From the NCBI RefSeq assembly GCF_024700885.2, contig NZ_CP117016.1: a stretch of 64,000 bases of DNA; one strand, written 5' to 3'. The stretch's first letter is position 1; each line of letters opens with the position of its first letter. Below the pieces are notes generated by a model. It saw only the letters and a list, made by a program, of their open reading frames with translations. It searched no databases and was not told the origin of the DNA. This DNA comes from Escherichia coli (lineage in GTDB: Bacteria; Pseudomonadota; Gammaproteobacteria; Enterobacterales; Enterobacteriaceae). Below, piece after piece: positions 30,903 to 42,371 of the stretch. A program made the translations under genes and the position numbers.

Positions 30903-32376
30903 TAACCTGAGCGACGAAGAGCAAATCGAATTGCTCGAGCTACTTGAAGAAGAAGAGAACTACCGTAACACACACCTGCTATATGAATTTACGCCATACA
31001 GCAAACAGCGTGAGTTCATCGACGCCGGACATGACTATCCAGAGCGATGTTTTATGGCTGGTAACCAGCTTGGTAAGTCATTTACTGGTGCTGCTGAAGT
31101 CGCGTTTCACCTTACAGGGCGTTATCCGGGCACAAAAGGCTATCCTGCTGATGGTAAATATGGCGGTGAGTGGAAAGGTAAGCGTTTCTATGAGCCTGTT
31201 GTCTTCTGGATTGGCGGCGAGACAAACGAGACGGTAACCAAAACGACTCAACGCATCCTGTGCGGTCGTATCGAAGAGAATGACGAGCCAGGCTACGGTT
31301 CCATACCTAAAGAAGACATCATTAGCTGGAAGAAGTCTCCTTTCTTTCCGAACCTTGTTGATCATCTTCTGGTTAAGCATCACACGGCTGATGGCGTTGA
31401 AGATGGCATTTCAATCTGCTACTTCAAGCCATACTCGCAAGGCCGTGCTCGCTGGCAGGGTGACACAATCCACGGCGTGTGGTTTGACGAAGAGCCACCA
31501 TACAGCATTTATGGCGAAGGTCTTACCCGTACCAACAAATACGGGCAATTCTCAATTCTGACGTTTACCCCGCTGATGGGGATGTCTGACGTTGTTACCA
31601 AGTTCCTGAAGAATCCCAGCAAGTCGCAGAAAGTGGTCAACATGACCATCTATGACGCTGAGCACTACACAGACGAACAGAAAGAGCAAATCATCGCATC
31701 CTATCCCGAACATGAGAGAGAGGCGCGTGCTCGCGGTATTCCTACGATGGGTAGCGGTCGAATCTTCCAGATACCGGAAGAGACGATTAAGTGTCAGCCG
31801 TTCGAGTGTCCTGATCACTTCTACGTCATCAACGCAATGGACTTCGGATGGGATCACCCACAGGCACATATCCAGCTTTGGTGGGATAAAGACGAGGACG
31901 TGATTTATCTTTCTCGCGTCTGGAAGGCCAAACAGAAGAAGGCGACAGAGGCATGGAGTGCTGTTAAAGCATGGAGCAAAAACACCCCTACGGCTTGGCC
32001 TCATGACGGGCATCAGCACGAAAAGGGAGGTGGCGCTCAGCTCAAGGAACAATACGCCGACGCTGGGTTCGACATGTTGCCAGATCATGCAACATGGCCT
32101 GATGGAGGTAATGCGGTCGAACCCGGGATAGCAGAGATACGCGACATGATGCTCGACGGTCGTTTCAAGGTATTTAACACCTGCGAGCCATTCTTTGAAG
32201 AGTTTCGCCTGTATCACCGCGATGAGAACGGGAAGATCGTCAAGCTAAACGACGACATCCTTTCTGCTGTTCGCTATGGCTACATGATGAGGCGTTTTGC
32301 AATACAGATGCGAGACATCAAAGATCCTAAAGAGATTGATTACTCAAGCTACAACATACCTTGCGGAGTTGGATGA
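30880..32376 (+). CDS. Terminase large subunit (P22 gp2-like)
   Basis: 498-aa ORF with Walker A-like GNQLGKS and a C-terminal nuclease domain; overlaps small subunit and portal genes. Confidence 0.9.
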   Translation: MELDAILDNLSDEEQIELLELLEEEENYRNTHLLYEFTPYSKQREFIDAGHDYPERCFMAGNQLGKSFTGAAEVAFHLTGRYPGTKGYPADGKYGGEWKGKRFYEPVVFWIGGETNETVTKTTQRILCGRIEENDEPGYGSIPKEDIISWKKSPFFPNLVDHLLVKHHTADGVEDGISICYFKPYSQGRARWQGDTIHGVWFDEEPPYSIYGEGLTRTNKYGQFSILTFTPLMGMSDVVTKFLKNPSKSQKVVNMTIYDAEHYTDEQKEQIIASYPEHEREARARGIPTMGSGRIFQIPEETIKCQPFECPDHFYVINAMDFGWDHPQAHIQLWWDKDEDVIYLSRVWKAKQKKATEAWSAVKAWSKNTPTAWPHDGHQHEKGGGAQLKEQYADAGFDMLPDHATWPDGGNAVEPGIAEIRDMMLDGRFKVFNTCEPFFEEFRLYHRDENGKIVKLNDDILSAVRYGYMMRRFAIQMRDIKDPKEIDYSSYNIPCGVG

Positions 32377-34577
32377 TGGCTGATGATAGAAAGATGACTG
32401 ACTGGCATCGCAAGGTGCTGTGCAACTTTGATAATGCCTGGTCAGCAACGCAGGATATGCGAGAGCAGATTATTGAGGCTCAACGTTTCGTCCGGGTGTC
32501 CGGCGCACAGTGGGAAGGCAGCACAAACGCTGGTTACTCATTTGATGAAGGCAGGTTTGAGCATTACCCGCGTTTTGAACTGAATAAGATTGCCCGTGAA
32601 TGTGATCGCATCATTGGCGAGTATCGACAGAATCGCATCAGCGTTAAATTCAGGCCGAAGGACGATAAGGCATCGGAAGCGTTAGCCGAAAAGATGAACG
32701 GCAAATTCCGCGCTGACTATCAGGAAACATCCGGTGGCGAAGCGTGTGATAACGCATTTGATGATGCTGTAACGGGCGGATTCGGTTGTTTCCGCATGTG
32801 TGCAGATTACGAAGATGAAATGGATCCGAGTAACGAGCAGCGACGCATCAGCCTTCTTCCTGTTTACGACCCAGCGACATGCGTTTTCTTCGATCAGGAC
32901 AGCAAGCAATATGACCGCTCTGATGCTATGTGGGCTATGGAAATGTTCTCCATGACGCCTAAAGCGTTCGAGGCTGAATACCCTGATTCCATCGCGGCAA
33001 GCCTTCCTCGTGATGACACTGGTACTCAGTATGACTGGTCAACGCCCGATGCCATCTATGTTGGACGCTACTACGAAGTTCGCATAGAGAAGGTGAAGCT
33101 CACGGCGTGGCGCAATCCTGTCAGCGGAGAAACGGCAATCTATGATGAAGAGCAAATCAAAGATATTGTCGACGAGCTGACCGATGGTGCATTCGAACTG
33201 ATTGGCGAGCGAACGGTGAAGAAGCGCCGCGTTTATTGCGGTCTTCTGTCTGGCGCTGAATGGCTGGAAGAACCGAAGCGTATTCCGGGCGAACATATTC
33301 CTCTCATCCCGGTATATGGGCGTCGCTCATTTGTTGATAATCAGGAGCGAATAGAAGGCCACGCAGCAAAAGCGATGGATGCACAGCGTCTTGAGAACCT
33401 GATGGTTTCCATGATTGCAGATAACGCTACTCAGGCTGGCGGTGATGGCATTCCTATCGTGGATGTTGATTTCATTCCCGGTCCATTAATGAATCACTGG
33501 GCAGAGAGGAATAAGAAAAGACCTGCAGTTCTTCCCATGACCAGCAAGAAGGACAAAAACGGAACGGTCATTTCAGAGGCTCAGGTTGCTGGCTGGACAC
33601 CTCCGACACAAATGCCTCCTGCTCTTGCCGGGCTATTGCAGTACACCGGAACGGCTATTCAGCAAATTACAGGTGCGTCGCAGCTTGAGAACATGCCGAG
33701 CAACGTCGCTACCGATACCGTTGATAGCATCTTTAACCGGATGGACACGCAGTCCTATATCTACATGGACAACATGGCTAAATCCATGCGCCGTGCTGGC
33801 GTCGTGTGGCTTTCTATGGCTCGTGAAGTCTATGGCAGCGATACGCCAATGCGCATCGTTAATGAGGATGGAAGCGATGACGTGGCGCTGATGACTGGTG
33901 AAGTGGTTGACCGTCAGACAGGGCAGGTTATCGCGCTTAACGACCTTTCGCAGGGTAACTATGAAGTGACTGTCGATGTCGGTCAGTCGTTCGCTACTCG
34001 CCGTGATGCAACGGTTAAGTCGTTACTTTCCATGCTGGCACTTATCCCGCCAGGAACGCCGAAGCATGACCTTGTATCGTCGATGATTCTCGACAATATG
34101 GACGGCGAAGGGATGGACGACCTGAAAGAATACAACCGCAATCAGTTGCTTCTGTCTGGCGTTATCAAGCCGAGAACGCCTGAAGAACAGCAAATGGTTG
34201 AGCAGGCGAAACAACAACAGGCCAGTCAGCCAGATCCGGCTATGGTTGCTGCGCAAGGTCAGCTTCTTGCTGGTCAGGCTGAATTGCAGAAAGCGCAGAA
34301 CGAACAAGCAGCCATTCAGGTTAAAGCATTCCAGGCACAGACGGATGCTCAGGTTGCTGCGGCAAATGTTGTGAAAATCCTCGCATCTGCCGATAGCCAG
34401 CAAAAATCTGATATCCGTGAGGCGCTGAAACTGCTCGGACAGTTCCAGCAACAGCAAGGAGATAATGCCCGTGCTGATGCAGAGCTTGTCCTGAAAAGTC
34501 AGGCACAGGGCCATGCGCAGCGCATGGACATCAGCAGCATCCTGCAAAAATCAACTCAGCAACAACCACAGCAGTAA
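32373..34577 (+). CDS. Portal protein (P22 gp1-like)
   Basis: C-terminal barrel region PEEQQMVEQAKQQQASQPDPAMVAAQGQLLAGQAELQKAQNEQ closely matches the P22 portal; ATGA overlap with terL stop. Confidence 0.9.
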   Translation: MMADDRKMTDWHRKVLCNFDNAWSATQDMREQIIEAQRFVRVSGAQWEGSTNAGYSFDEGRFEHYPRFELNKIARECDRIIGEYRQNRISVKFRPKDDKASEALAEKMNGKFRADYQETSGGEACDNAFDDAVTGGFGCFRMCADYEDEMDPSNEQRRISLLPVYDPATCVFFDQDSKQYDRSDAMWAMEMFSMTPKAFEAEYPDSIAASLPRDDTGTQYDWSTPDAIYVGRYYEVRIEKVKLTAWRNPVSGETAIYDEEQIKDIVDELTDGAFELIGERTVKKRRVYCGLLSGAEWLEEPKRIPGEHIPLIPVYGRRSFVDNQERIEGHAAKAMDAQRLENLMVSMIADNATQAGGDGIPIVDVDFIPGPLMNHWAERNKKRPAVLPMTSKKDKNGTVISEAQVAGWTPPTQMPPALAGLLQYTGTAIQQITGASQLENMPSNVATDTVDSIFNRMDTQSYIYMDNMAKSMRRAGVVWLSMAREVYGSDTPMRIVNEDGSDDVALMTGEVVDRQTGQVIALNDLSQGNYEVTVDVGQSFATRRDATVKSLLSMLALIPPGTPKHDLVSSMILDNMDGEGMDDLKEYNRNQLLLSGVIKPRTPEEQQMVEQAKQQQASQPDPAMVAAQGQLLAGQAELQKAQNEQAAIQVKAFQAQTDAQVAAANVVKILASADSQQKSDIREALKLLGQFQQQQGDNARADAELVLKSQAQGHAQRMDISSILQKSTQQQPQQ

Positions 34578-34667
34578 TTAACCCATAACGTGCAATGGCT
34601 GTCTTTATGAGGCCTGGCACCCTATTGCCTTCCGATGGGCTGAACATCGAGTAAACAGGGGTAACAA

Positions 34668-35561
34668 ATGGACCAGATGGCAGAAAACAAACCAGAAGTT
34701 GAAATCGAAACCGACGCGTCAGAGCAGATTCCTGATGATGTCGAACTGGCTGAAGAAGTCGAAACAGAAGATGGCAGTGAGTCCTCTGGCAATTATGCAG
34801 AGGAAGCTACTGAAACTGATGACGACGAATCAGAACAGGAATTCTACTTTGGTGACGAAAAGCTGGATTCGCCAACCAGCGAAGATAGCGCAGAGCATGG
34901 ACTGGTAAAACACCTGCGCAAGACGATTAAAGAGAAAGACCGTGAGCTGAAAGAGCTGATGCGTCAGTCTCAGAAACCCGTCGAGCAGCAGCCGGTAATC
35001 ACTCAACCACCGCGAATGCCAAAACTGGATGATGAGGACATCGGTTTCGATGAAGAAATCTATCAGCAACGCATGGCTAAGTGGGCAGAGGATAACGGAA
35101 AGTACCAGCAACAGGAGATGGCTCGCAAGCAGAAGGAGCAGGAGCTTCAGGCTGCCTATCAAGAGCGATTATCCAAATATCAGCAACGTGTTAAGGCTCT
35201 CAAGGTTCCTGGCTATCAGGAAGCAGAACAGGCCGTACTCGAGGAAATCCCCATCGAGACACAAAACGCGATCCTGTTTGAGTCAGAGAAGCCGGAAATC
35301 GTTGTTCTGGCGCTTGGTCGCAACGCTGAACTGCGCAAGCAACTGGCAGAAGCTACCAACCCCGTAGCAATTGGTCGTCTGCTGGAACGTATCGAATCTA
35401 AGGCCAGAATCATGCCAAAAGCAAAAACCACGGCAGCCACAACCCCGACAGTTAAGGGGAGCAACGGCGCAGTAATCAATAACCTCGACAAACTGAAAGC
35501 CAAGGCGCTGGAAACTGGTGACTGGACGCCGTATTTCGCCGCTAAAAAGGCAAAAAAATAA
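34668..35561 (+). CDS. Scaffolding protein (P22 gp8-like)
   Basis: 297-aa acidic, coiled-coil-rich protein between portal and coat genes. Confidence 0.8.
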   Translation: MDQMAENKPEVEIETDASEQIPDDVELAEEVETEDGSESSGNYAEEATETDDDESEQEFYFGDEKLDSPTSEDSAEHGLVKHLRKTIKEKDRELKELMRQSQKPVEQQPVITQPPRMPKLDDEDIGFDEEIYQQRMAKWAEDNGKYQQQEMARKQKEQELQAAYQERLSKYQQRVKALKVPGYQEAEQAVLEEIPIETQNAILFESEKPEIVVLALGRNAELRKQLAEATNPVAIGRLLERIESKARIMPKAKTTAATTPTVKGSNGAVINNLDKLKAKALETGDWTPYFAAKKAKK

Positions 35562-35579
35562 CCTATCGGAGCATTAAGC

Positions 35580-36833
35580 ATGGCTAACCAATTAGCAAAA
35601 GACCTTGAAATCATGTTCGAAAACTACGTTGAAGGCTTTGAGGCCGCCTGCGTAGTTTCCCGTAACGCTAAAAAATTCCGTCCCGGTGATACAGCAATGC
35701 AGCGAGCAGGTGATGTTCTGTATCGTCCGCAGCATTACCACATGAACATTGAGGAAGGCCTCGATCTCAGCAGCAAAACGCCAACAGCACTGGTTCAGCG
35801 CCTTGTTCCTTCTGTGTTCAAGGAGCCGAAAAACATTCTGTACACTCTGGATGCGCGTGAAATGCGTGACCCGGAACATAAAACTGAAGCTGGTCGCGCC
35901 GCAGGTATGCGCCTTGCTGCACAGATTGACTCTGACCTGATTTCCATGGTTACGCAGCGTGCTACTAACGTGATCACCATGTCTGACTCAACCACAGGTT
36001 CACAGGGCCGTGATTTGTGGAACTGTGCGGCAGGTATTGATGCCACCATGACGGCGATTGGTGTACCTCAGGGTATCAACCGTCGCTCTTTCTGGAACCC
36101 CTTCAACTACAAAGACCTTGCTGGCGAGCTTGGTCACCGAGCCTACGCTCAGGGCGCAACCCTGACAGCATACGAAAAAGCGCAGATCCCTCCGGTTGCT
36201 TCCTTTGATAGCTACAAGACCGATATTTCTGGTCGATTACCGAAAGGAAGCACTGAATCCTTGACAGTATCAGGCCAACCTGAACACAAGGTTGAAGCGA
36301 AAGATTCAAATGGTATGCCAGTTGATAACCGACAGGGGACTATTACGGTATCTGCATCTGGCTTGCAGGTTGGTGATGCGTTCACCATTGCCGGTGTGAA
36401 TTCCGTACACCAGATCACAAAAGATACCACCGGTCAACCGCAGGTATTCCGTGTTCTGGCTGTTAGCGGAACTACCGTAACAATTTCTCCAAAGATTCTC
36501 CCTGTTGAAAATACTGATGTTGCGAGTCGTCCATATGCAAACGTCGATGCCAAACCGGCAGAATCAGCAGCAATCACCATTCTCAACAAGAACGCAGCAC
36601 CTGCTAACCTGTTCTGGGCTGATGGTTCTGTTGAGCTGATGTACGGCAAACTGGCGTTCCCGACTGGTCAGGGTCCACAGGTAATGACAGCAACCACCGA
36701 GCAGGGCGCTACGCTGATCATGTCTTACGCCTTCGACCACATCAAAGGCGTAACCACTGCTCGTTTCACCACTCTGTACGGTTGCTCTGTACTTGTTCCT
36801 GAATATACGGGCATCGTTATTGCCGGGCAGTAA
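35580..36833 (+). CDS. Major coat protein (P22 gp5-like)
   Basis: 417-aa ORF in the coat position, followed by a strong intrinsic terminator. Confidence 0.85.
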   Translation: MANQLAKDLEIMFENYVEGFEAACVVSRNAKKFRPGDTAMQRAGDVLYRPQHYHMNIEEGLDLSSKTPTALVQRLVPSVFKEPKNILYTLDAREMRDPEHKTEAGRAAGMRLAAQIDSDLISMVTQRATNVITMSDSTTGSQGRDLWNCAAGIDATMTAIGVPQGINRRSFWNPFNYKDLAGELGHRAYAQGATLTAYEKAQIPPVASFDSYKTDISGRLPKGSTESLTVSGQPEHKVEAKDSNGMPVDNRQGTITVSASGLQVGDAFTIAGVNSVHQITKDTTGQPQVFRVLAVSGTTVTISPKILPVENTDVASRPYANVDAKPAESAAITILNKNAAPANLFWADGSVELMYGKLAFPTGQGPQVMTATTEQGATLIMSYAFDHIKGVTTARFTTLYGCSVLVPEYTGIVIAGQ

Positions 36834-36840
36834 TTTTGGT

Positions 36841-36862
36841 GGGGCTTCGGCCCCATTTTTAT
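36841..36862 (+). terminator. Intrinsic terminator after coat gene
   Basis: GGGGCTTCGGCCCC hairpin plus ATTTTTATT. Confidence 0.6.
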
Positions 36863-36874
36863 TGGGAGAAGACA

Positions 36875-37063
36875 ATGGCACGAACAATGCTCTATAAGCC
36901 TGGCAACATGATCACCTGCGGTCAGTTTGCTGTCGATTACATCATTGTTGATGACGAAGAAGTTAAATCTCACCTGAAAAAAGGTTGGGTAAAAACTCCT
37001 GAAGAAACCGCAACGAAGCAAAAAGTGGCTAAGGCGGAAGAAGATGGCGAAAACGAAGGGTGA
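36875..37063 (+). CDS. Small hypothetical protein between coat and gp4 genes
   Basis: ATG at 36875 (MARTMLYKPGN...) with GGGAGAAG RBS, after the terminator. Confidence 0.4.
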   Translation: MARTMLYKPGNMITCGQFAVDYIIVDDEEVKSHLKKGWVKTPEETATKQKVAKAEEDGENEG

Positions 37064-37505
37064 TCTCGTTCTAAAGGCTTTACGAAAAGCCGGGCTGTAT
37101 TCCAATGCCACGTTGACAGATGCTGACCCTCAGGCAATTGAAGATGCCATTAATGACCTCGAAGACATGATGGCAGCATGGCAGGCTAAAGGTATCGAGC
37201 TTGGGTATCAGTTTGCTGATACAGAAAACGGCATCATGCCGTTACCGGACGATGATTCAGGTATCCCTGCATGGGCAAATGATGGCGTCGCTTTGAAACT
37301 CGCTGTGCAAGTGTGCATGGATAACGTCATTCAGCCGTCAGACGCTCTCCTTACCGCTGCTGACAGTGCATATCAGACAATCTGTATCGCTTTAACCAAA
37401 ATACCACCACTTGAGCGGCGAAATGACATGCCTCGCGGTAGTGGTAACAAAAGCGCGTTTACGTGGAATCGGTTTTACATCGAGAAAGATGATCCGAGTA
37501 CGTGA
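37044..37505 (+). CDS. Head completion / tail accessory protein (P22 gp4-like)
   Basis: 153-aa ORF in the conserved position. Confidence 0.65.
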   Translation: MAKTKGDLVLKALRKAGLYSNATLTDADPQAIEDAINDLEDMMAAWQAKGIELGYQFADTENGIMPLPDDDSGIPAWANDGVALKLAVQVCMDNVIQPSDALLTAADSAYQTICIALTKIPPLERRNDMPRGSGNKSAFTWNRFYIEKDDPST

Positions 37506-37514
37506 GGTGAATAA

Positions 37515-38933
37515 ATGCCGATTCAGCAACTTCCGCTTATGAAAGGCGTCGGCAAAGACTTTCGAAACGCCGACTATATCGACTATCTGCCAGTGAATAT
37601 GCTGGCTACACCCAAAGAAATCCTGAACAGCAGCGGATATCTTCGCTCATTCCCGGGCATTGCCAAACGTTCTGATGTGAACGGTATATCGCGCGGCGTC
37701 GAGTACAACATGGCGCAGAATGCTGTCTATCGTGTGTGTGGCGGCAAGCTCTACAAAGGCGAAAGCGAGGTCGGTGACGTCGCCGGAAGTGGTCGTGTAT
37801 CAATGGCGCATGGTCGGACATCACAGGCGGTAGGGGTTAAAGGGAAACTGGTCGAGTATCGCTATGATGGCACGGTTAAAACCGTCTCAAACTGGCCTAC
37901 AGACAGCGGATTCACTCAGTATGAGTTAGGTTCAGTTCGCGACATTACGCGCTTGCGTGGGCGTTATGCGTGGTCAAAAGACGGCACTGATTCATGGTTT
38001 ATCACTGACCTTGAAGACGAATCGCATCCTGACCGTTACAGCGCACAATATCGCGCAGAATCGCAGCCGGACGGCATCATCGGCATCGGCACATGGCGAG
38101 ACTTCATCGTCTGCTTTGGTTCATCGACGATTGAATATTTCTCCCTGACTGGTGCAACCACCGTTGGTGCCGCTTTGTATGTCGCACAGCCATCGCTGAT
38201 GGTGCAGAAAGGTATTGCCGGGACTTACTGCAAAACGCCGTTTGCTGATTCGTATGCGTTCATCAGCAATCCGGCAACGGGTGCGCCGTCTGTATACATC
38301 ATCGGCTCCGGTCAGGTATCACCAATCGCCAGCGCGAGCATTGAGAAAATCCTCCGCTCCTACACTGCTGATGAACTGGCTGATGGCGTGATGGAATCAT
38401 TGCGGTTTGATGCTCATGAATTGCTGATTATCCACCTTCCGCGCCATGTTCTTGTTTACGACGCATCTTCAAGCGCCAATGGTCCGCAATGGTGTGTGCT
38501 GAAAACAGGCTTATATGACGATGTGTACCGCGCTATCGACTTCATTTACGAAGGCAATCAGATAACGTGCGGCGATAAGCTGGAATCTGTTACCGGGAAA
38601 TTGCAATTCGATATCAGCAGCCAGTACGACAAGCAACAGGAACATCTGCTGTTTACTCCGCTGTTCAAAGCGGATAACGCAAGAGTGTTCGACCTTGAGG
38701 TTGAATCTTCAACTGGTGTTGCGCAGTACGCCGACCGCCTGTTCCTTTCTGCAACCACTGACGGCATCAATTACGGACGTGAGCAGATGATTGAGCAGAA
38801 TGAACCTTTCGTTTACGACAAACGTGTTTTGTGGAAGCGAGTCGGGCGCATCAGGAAAAATGTCGGCTTCAAATTGCGCGTTATCACGAAGTCACCTGTC
38901 ACTCTGTCTGGCTGCCAGATAAGGATTGAGTAA
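37515..38933 (+). CDS. Tail accessory protein (P22 gp10-like)
   Basis: 472-aa ORF, same length and position as P22 gp10. Confidence 0.7.
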   Translation: MPIQQLPLMKGVGKDFRNADYIDYLPVNMLATPKEILNSSGYLRSFPGIAKRSDVNGISRGVEYNMAQNAVYRVCGGKLYKGESEVGDVAGSGRVSMAHGRTSQAVGVKGKLVEYRYDGTVKTVSNWPTDSGFTQYELGSVRDITRLRGRYAWSKDGTDSWFITDLEDESHPDRYSAQYRAESQPDGIIGIGTWRDFIVCFGSSTIEYFSLTGATTVGAALYVAQPSLMVQKGIAGTYCKTPFADSYAFISNPATGAPSVYIIGSGQVSPIASASIEKILRSYTADELADGVMESLRFDAHELLIIHLPRHVLVYDASSSANGPQWCVLKTGLYDDVYRAIDFIYEGNQITCGDKLESVTGKLQFDISSQYDKQQEHLLFTPLFKADNARVFDLEVESSTGVAQYADRLFLSATTDGINYGREQMIEQNEPFVYDKRVLWKRVGRIRKNVGFKLRVITKSPVTLSGCQIRIE

Positions 38934-39886
38934 TGGCTGATTCGAATCTCAATGAGCCGGTAATCATTCAGGCTACACGACTCGACACATCAGTCCTTCC
39001 ACGCAATATCTTCTCGCAGTCATATCTGCTGTACATTATTGCACAGGGTACTGATGTTGGTAACGTGGCAAACAAGGCCAACGAAGCAGGGAAGGGGGCT
39101 TATGATGCACAGGTGAAGAATGATGAGCAGGATGTCACCCTTGCAAACCATGAATCCAGAATTGAAGCTGCTGAAGCAACTCTCATCAATCATGAACATA
39201 GAATCGCAGAAGCGGAAATCACTCTTGCAGATCATGAAACAAGGATTACGGCTGCCGAAACAGAGCTTGCTGATCACGAGACGCGAATTGCTACCAATGA
39301 ATCTGAGTTAGCAAACCATGATGCGCGAATAACTCAGAATACAACCGATATCGACGCACTTGATACCAGGCTCACAGCGGCAGAGGGAAGTATTTCGACG
39401 CTACAAAGCACAGTTGGTGATCACTCAACAAGAATATCTGCGCTTGAGTATGCCACCACGCGCAAGAAATCAGAGGTTGTTTACTCAGGAGTATCTGTAA
39501 CCATCCCGACAGCGCCGACCAACCTTGTTAGCCTGCTGAAAACGCTCACGCCGTCATCCGGCACATTGGCACCATTCTTCGACACTGTTAACAACAAGAT
39601 GGTTGTGTTCAACGAGAACAAAACCTTGTTCTTCAAGCTGTCGATCGTCGGGACGTGGCCCAGCGGAACCGCCAACAGGTCAATGCAGCTAACCTTTTCC
39701 GGCTCTGTTCCTGACACGTTGGTCAGCAGTCGTAATGCGGCGACAACAACCGACAACATCCTGTTAGCTACGTTCTTCAGCGTGGATAAAGACGGCTTTC
39801 TTGCCACAAATGGCAGCACGTTAACCATTCAGTCGAATGGTGCGGCGTTTACTGCCACAACCATCAAAATCATTGCGGAGCAGTGA
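38933..39886 (+). CDS. Tail needle (P22 gp26-like) with extended coiled coil and C-terminal knob
   Basis: N-terminus [43 protein letters not shown] matches gp26; repeated heptads ([39 protein letters not shown]...); extra ~150-aa C-terminal domain. Confidence 0.8.
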   Translation: MADSNLNEPVIIQATRLDTSVLPRNIFSQSYLLYIIAQGTDVGNVANKANEAGKGAYDAQVKNDEQDVTLANHESRIEAAEATLINHEHRIAEAEITLADHETRITAAETELADHETRIATNESELANHDARITQNTTDIDALDTRLTAAEGSISTLQSTVGDHSTRISALEYATTRKKSEVVYSGVSVTIPTAPTNLVSLLKTLTPSSGTLAPFFDTVNNKMVVFNENKTLFFKLSIVGTWPSGTANRSMQLTFSGSVPDTLVSSRNAATTTDNILLATFFSVDKDGFLATNGSTLTIQSNGAAFTATTIKIIAEQ

Positions 39887-40365
39887 TGGAAATAAAGCTC
39901 ATCGATAATCCGGTGAAGCTTGCAGAATTCCTCAACAATCCGGCAAACACGGGAAATATCGTAGACAGTGGAGATAAATACTACATCAAGCCTGATGCGG
40001 TATACCTCGGCATCTACGAAGGATTAGTGCTGGCTGGCGTTCATGAAGTGCGTAACTTCTGGCATAGCGTTGTTGAATGCCATGCGGTGTACGACCCCGG
40101 ATTCCGTGGTGAATATGCACTGCAAGGGCATCGATTATTCTGCAAATGGCTTCTCGAAAACTCACCATTCCTTAACAGCATCACTATGGTTCCTGACACC
40201 ACGAAATACGGACGGGCAATTATCCGTTTGCTTGGCGCTACCCGTGTTGGTCACCTTGATGATGCTTATACCAGCAATGGAAAGCCTGTAGGCATCACGA
40301 TTTATCAGTTACCGCGCTCAAAATACGAGGAGCTAAAGAATGTTAATTTTCCAGATTGCCAATAA
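39883..40365 (+). CDS. Head assembly protein (P22 gp14-like)
   Basis: 160-aa ORF in the conserved position. Confidence 0.55.
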   Translation: MMEIKLIDNPVKLAEFLNNPANTGNIVDSGDKYYIKPDAVYLGIYEGLVLAGVHEVRNFWHSVVECHAVYDPGFRGEYALQGHRLFCKWLLENSPFLNSITMVPDTTKYGRAIIRLLGATRVGHLDDAYTSNGKPVGITIYQLPRSKYEELKNVNFPDCQ

Positions 40366-41017
40366 GCACCTCAGCAAAACTGTTTACTGCAAAGGTAGCA
40401 GTGATGGCGGTTCAAAAGCCCAGGCACGCGCAACTGAAAAGGGCATCGAATTGCAGCGCGAAATGTGGCAGACGAACATGCAAAACCTTGCACCGTTCAC
40501 GCCACTTGCTCAGCAGTATGTATCAGAGTTGCAGAATCTTTCCTCTCTTCAGGGGCAAGGTCAGGCTCTTAACCAGTATTACAACTCTCAGCAGTACAAA
40601 GACCTTGCAGGTCAGGCGCGCTATCAGAGTCTGGCAGCAGCAGAGGCAACGGGTGGATTAGGCTCTACAGCAACCGGAAACCAGCTGGCAGCAATCGCAC
40701 CTACACTCGGTCAAAACTGGCTATCTGGACAAATGAACAACTACCAGAATCTGGCAAATATTGGTCTTGGCGCGCTTCAGGGACAGGCAAACGCCGGGCA
40801 GACATATGCCAACAACATGAGCCAGATTTCACAGCAAAGCGCAGCACTGGCGGCGGCAAACGCTAACAGACCTTCCGGCCTTCAATCTGCAATAGGCGGG
40901 GCTGCCTCTGGAGCAATTGCTGGAGCACAGCTTGGCAGCATTGTTCCCGGTATTGGTACTGGTATTGGTGCCGCTGTTGGCGGCGGTCTTGGTCTTCTTG
41001 GTTCACTACTTTATTAA
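40340..41017 (+). CDS. Ejection protein (P22 gp7-like)
   Basis: Gly/Ala/Gln-rich 225-aa protein with hydrophobic C-terminus. Confidence 0.6.
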   Translation: MLIFQIANKHLSKTVYCKGSSDGGSKAQARATEKGIELQREMWQTNMQNLAPFTPLAQQYVSELQNLSSLQGQGQALNQYYNSQQYKDLAGQARYQSLAAAEATGGLGSTATGNQLAAIAPTLGQNWLSGQMNNYQNLANIGLGALQGQANAGQTYANNMSQISQQSAALAAANANRPSGLQSAIGGAASGAIAGAQLGSIVPGIGTGIGAAVGGGLGLLGSLLY

Positions 41018-41027
41018 GGGGTAATCA

Positions 41028-42371
41028 ATGACTACGTGGCAACAGGGTATTAATTCTGGTGGTTTTCTGGCTGGCATTGGTGCGCAAAACGAGAATGCGC
41101 CAAAGGCAAGCGACATTAACGCAACGCTTGGTCTGATCCGCGAAAACAATGAACTGGCTCGCTCAGGTGCAAATAACGTTGGTCTGACCGCGTTACGTGG
41201 TCTGGCTGGAGTTGCTGATATTTATAAGCAGGAACAGCAACAGAAAGCGATTAGTGCGTTCAATAAGGTTCACGCTGATGCATGGGCTTCTGGTGATCCA
41301 TCGGGACTATTTAAGTTTGCCAAGGAAAATCCAGCGTTTGTTGCGCAGGCACAACAGGCGTTTTCCGGTCTTAATGAGCAGCAACGCAACGATATGGGCG
41401 ATTTAGCCATGAGAGCTAACGTCGCTCTTTCTCAGGGACCGGAAGCCTACAGTAAATTCATTACTGACAACAAGGACAGGTTAAATCGCGTTGGTGCTAA
41501 TGCTGACTGGATGATTCAGACAGGTATCCAGAATCCAGAGCAGCTATCACACATGCTGACTACTATGACGCTAGGGGCTGTTGGTCCGGATAAAATGCTG
41601 GATTATCAGGATAAGATGGTTGGTCGCCAACTAGAGAAAGGGCGATTGGATGAAAGCATCCGTCAGGCTGATATGGAGAATGCGAGAGGATGGGCAAATA
41701 TCCAGAACGCTCAACTAGACAGGGCTCAGCGGGCACAAATGCACTCAGATGAGATGGGATTGAAGCTAATGGAGCTGGGGCAAAAAGGTAAGCCGTCAGC
41801 AGACTTAATTAAGGGATTAAATTCTGATATTACCAATTTTGGCAAAAATTATAACTCTGTCAGAGCGGCGGCAAACTCTCTGCAAGCCCTTAGCAAGGTA
41901 AATACTGGCGCTGCCCAACTTGGGATTATCTTTAATTACATGAAGTCTCTCGACCCTCAGTCAGTTGTTCGCGAAGGTGAACAGGTTCAGGTCATGCGCT
42001 CTGATGGCATATGGGGGCAGATAAAAGGATATGTAGACCAGCTTAATGCAGGGAATGGCTTGTCACAGGAAGCGAGGGATAACATTGTTAACGCAGCCAA
42101 AATTAACGCCAACGCTATGGGGCAGCAGTTTAACCAGCAGGTAGACGAATATCTGGATACGTATGGAGATACTATTCCTCAAGGGCTGAAAAAAAGCTTA
42201 GGGAGAAGGAAGGCCAAGCTATTTGACGATGTCCCAGCGCAGCCTACACCACAAGGTGGTAATGGGCAGACAAAAGCTGCGCCAAGTGGGATATCAGAAG
42301 GCGCGACGGCAACGAACCCTAAAACTGGTCAGAAACTCATTTATAGGAACGGACAATGGCAACCGATGTAG
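41028..42371 (+). CDS. Ejection protein (P22 gp20-like)
   Basis: 447-aa ORF in the conserved position. Confidence 0.6.
   Translation: MTTWQQGINSGGFLAGIGAQNENAPKASDINATLGLIRENNELARSGANNVGLTALRGLAGVADIYKQEQQQKAISAFNKVHADAWASGDPSGLFKFAKENPAFVAQAQQAFSGLNEQQRNDMGDLAMRANVALSQGPEAYSKFITDNKDRLNRVGANADWMIQTGIQNPEQLSHMLTTMTLGAVGPDKMLDYQDKMVGRQLEKGRLDESIRQADMENARGWANIQNAQLDRAQRAQMHSDEMGLKLMELGQKGKPSADLIKGLNSDITNFGKNYNSVRAAANSLQALSKVNTGAAQLGIIFNYMKSLDPQSVVREGEQVQVMRSDGIWGQIKGYVDQLNAGNGLSQEARDNIVNAAKINANAMGQQFNQQVDEYLDTYGDTIPQGLKKSLGRRKAKLFDDVPAQPTPQGGNGQTKAAPSGISEGATATNPKTGQKLIYRNGQWQPM

Noticed and set aside
39120-39330. DNA-level periodic repeats in the tail needle gene
   Set aside because: Periodicity reflects the heptad-repeat coiled coil of the encoded protein, not a non-coding repeat element.
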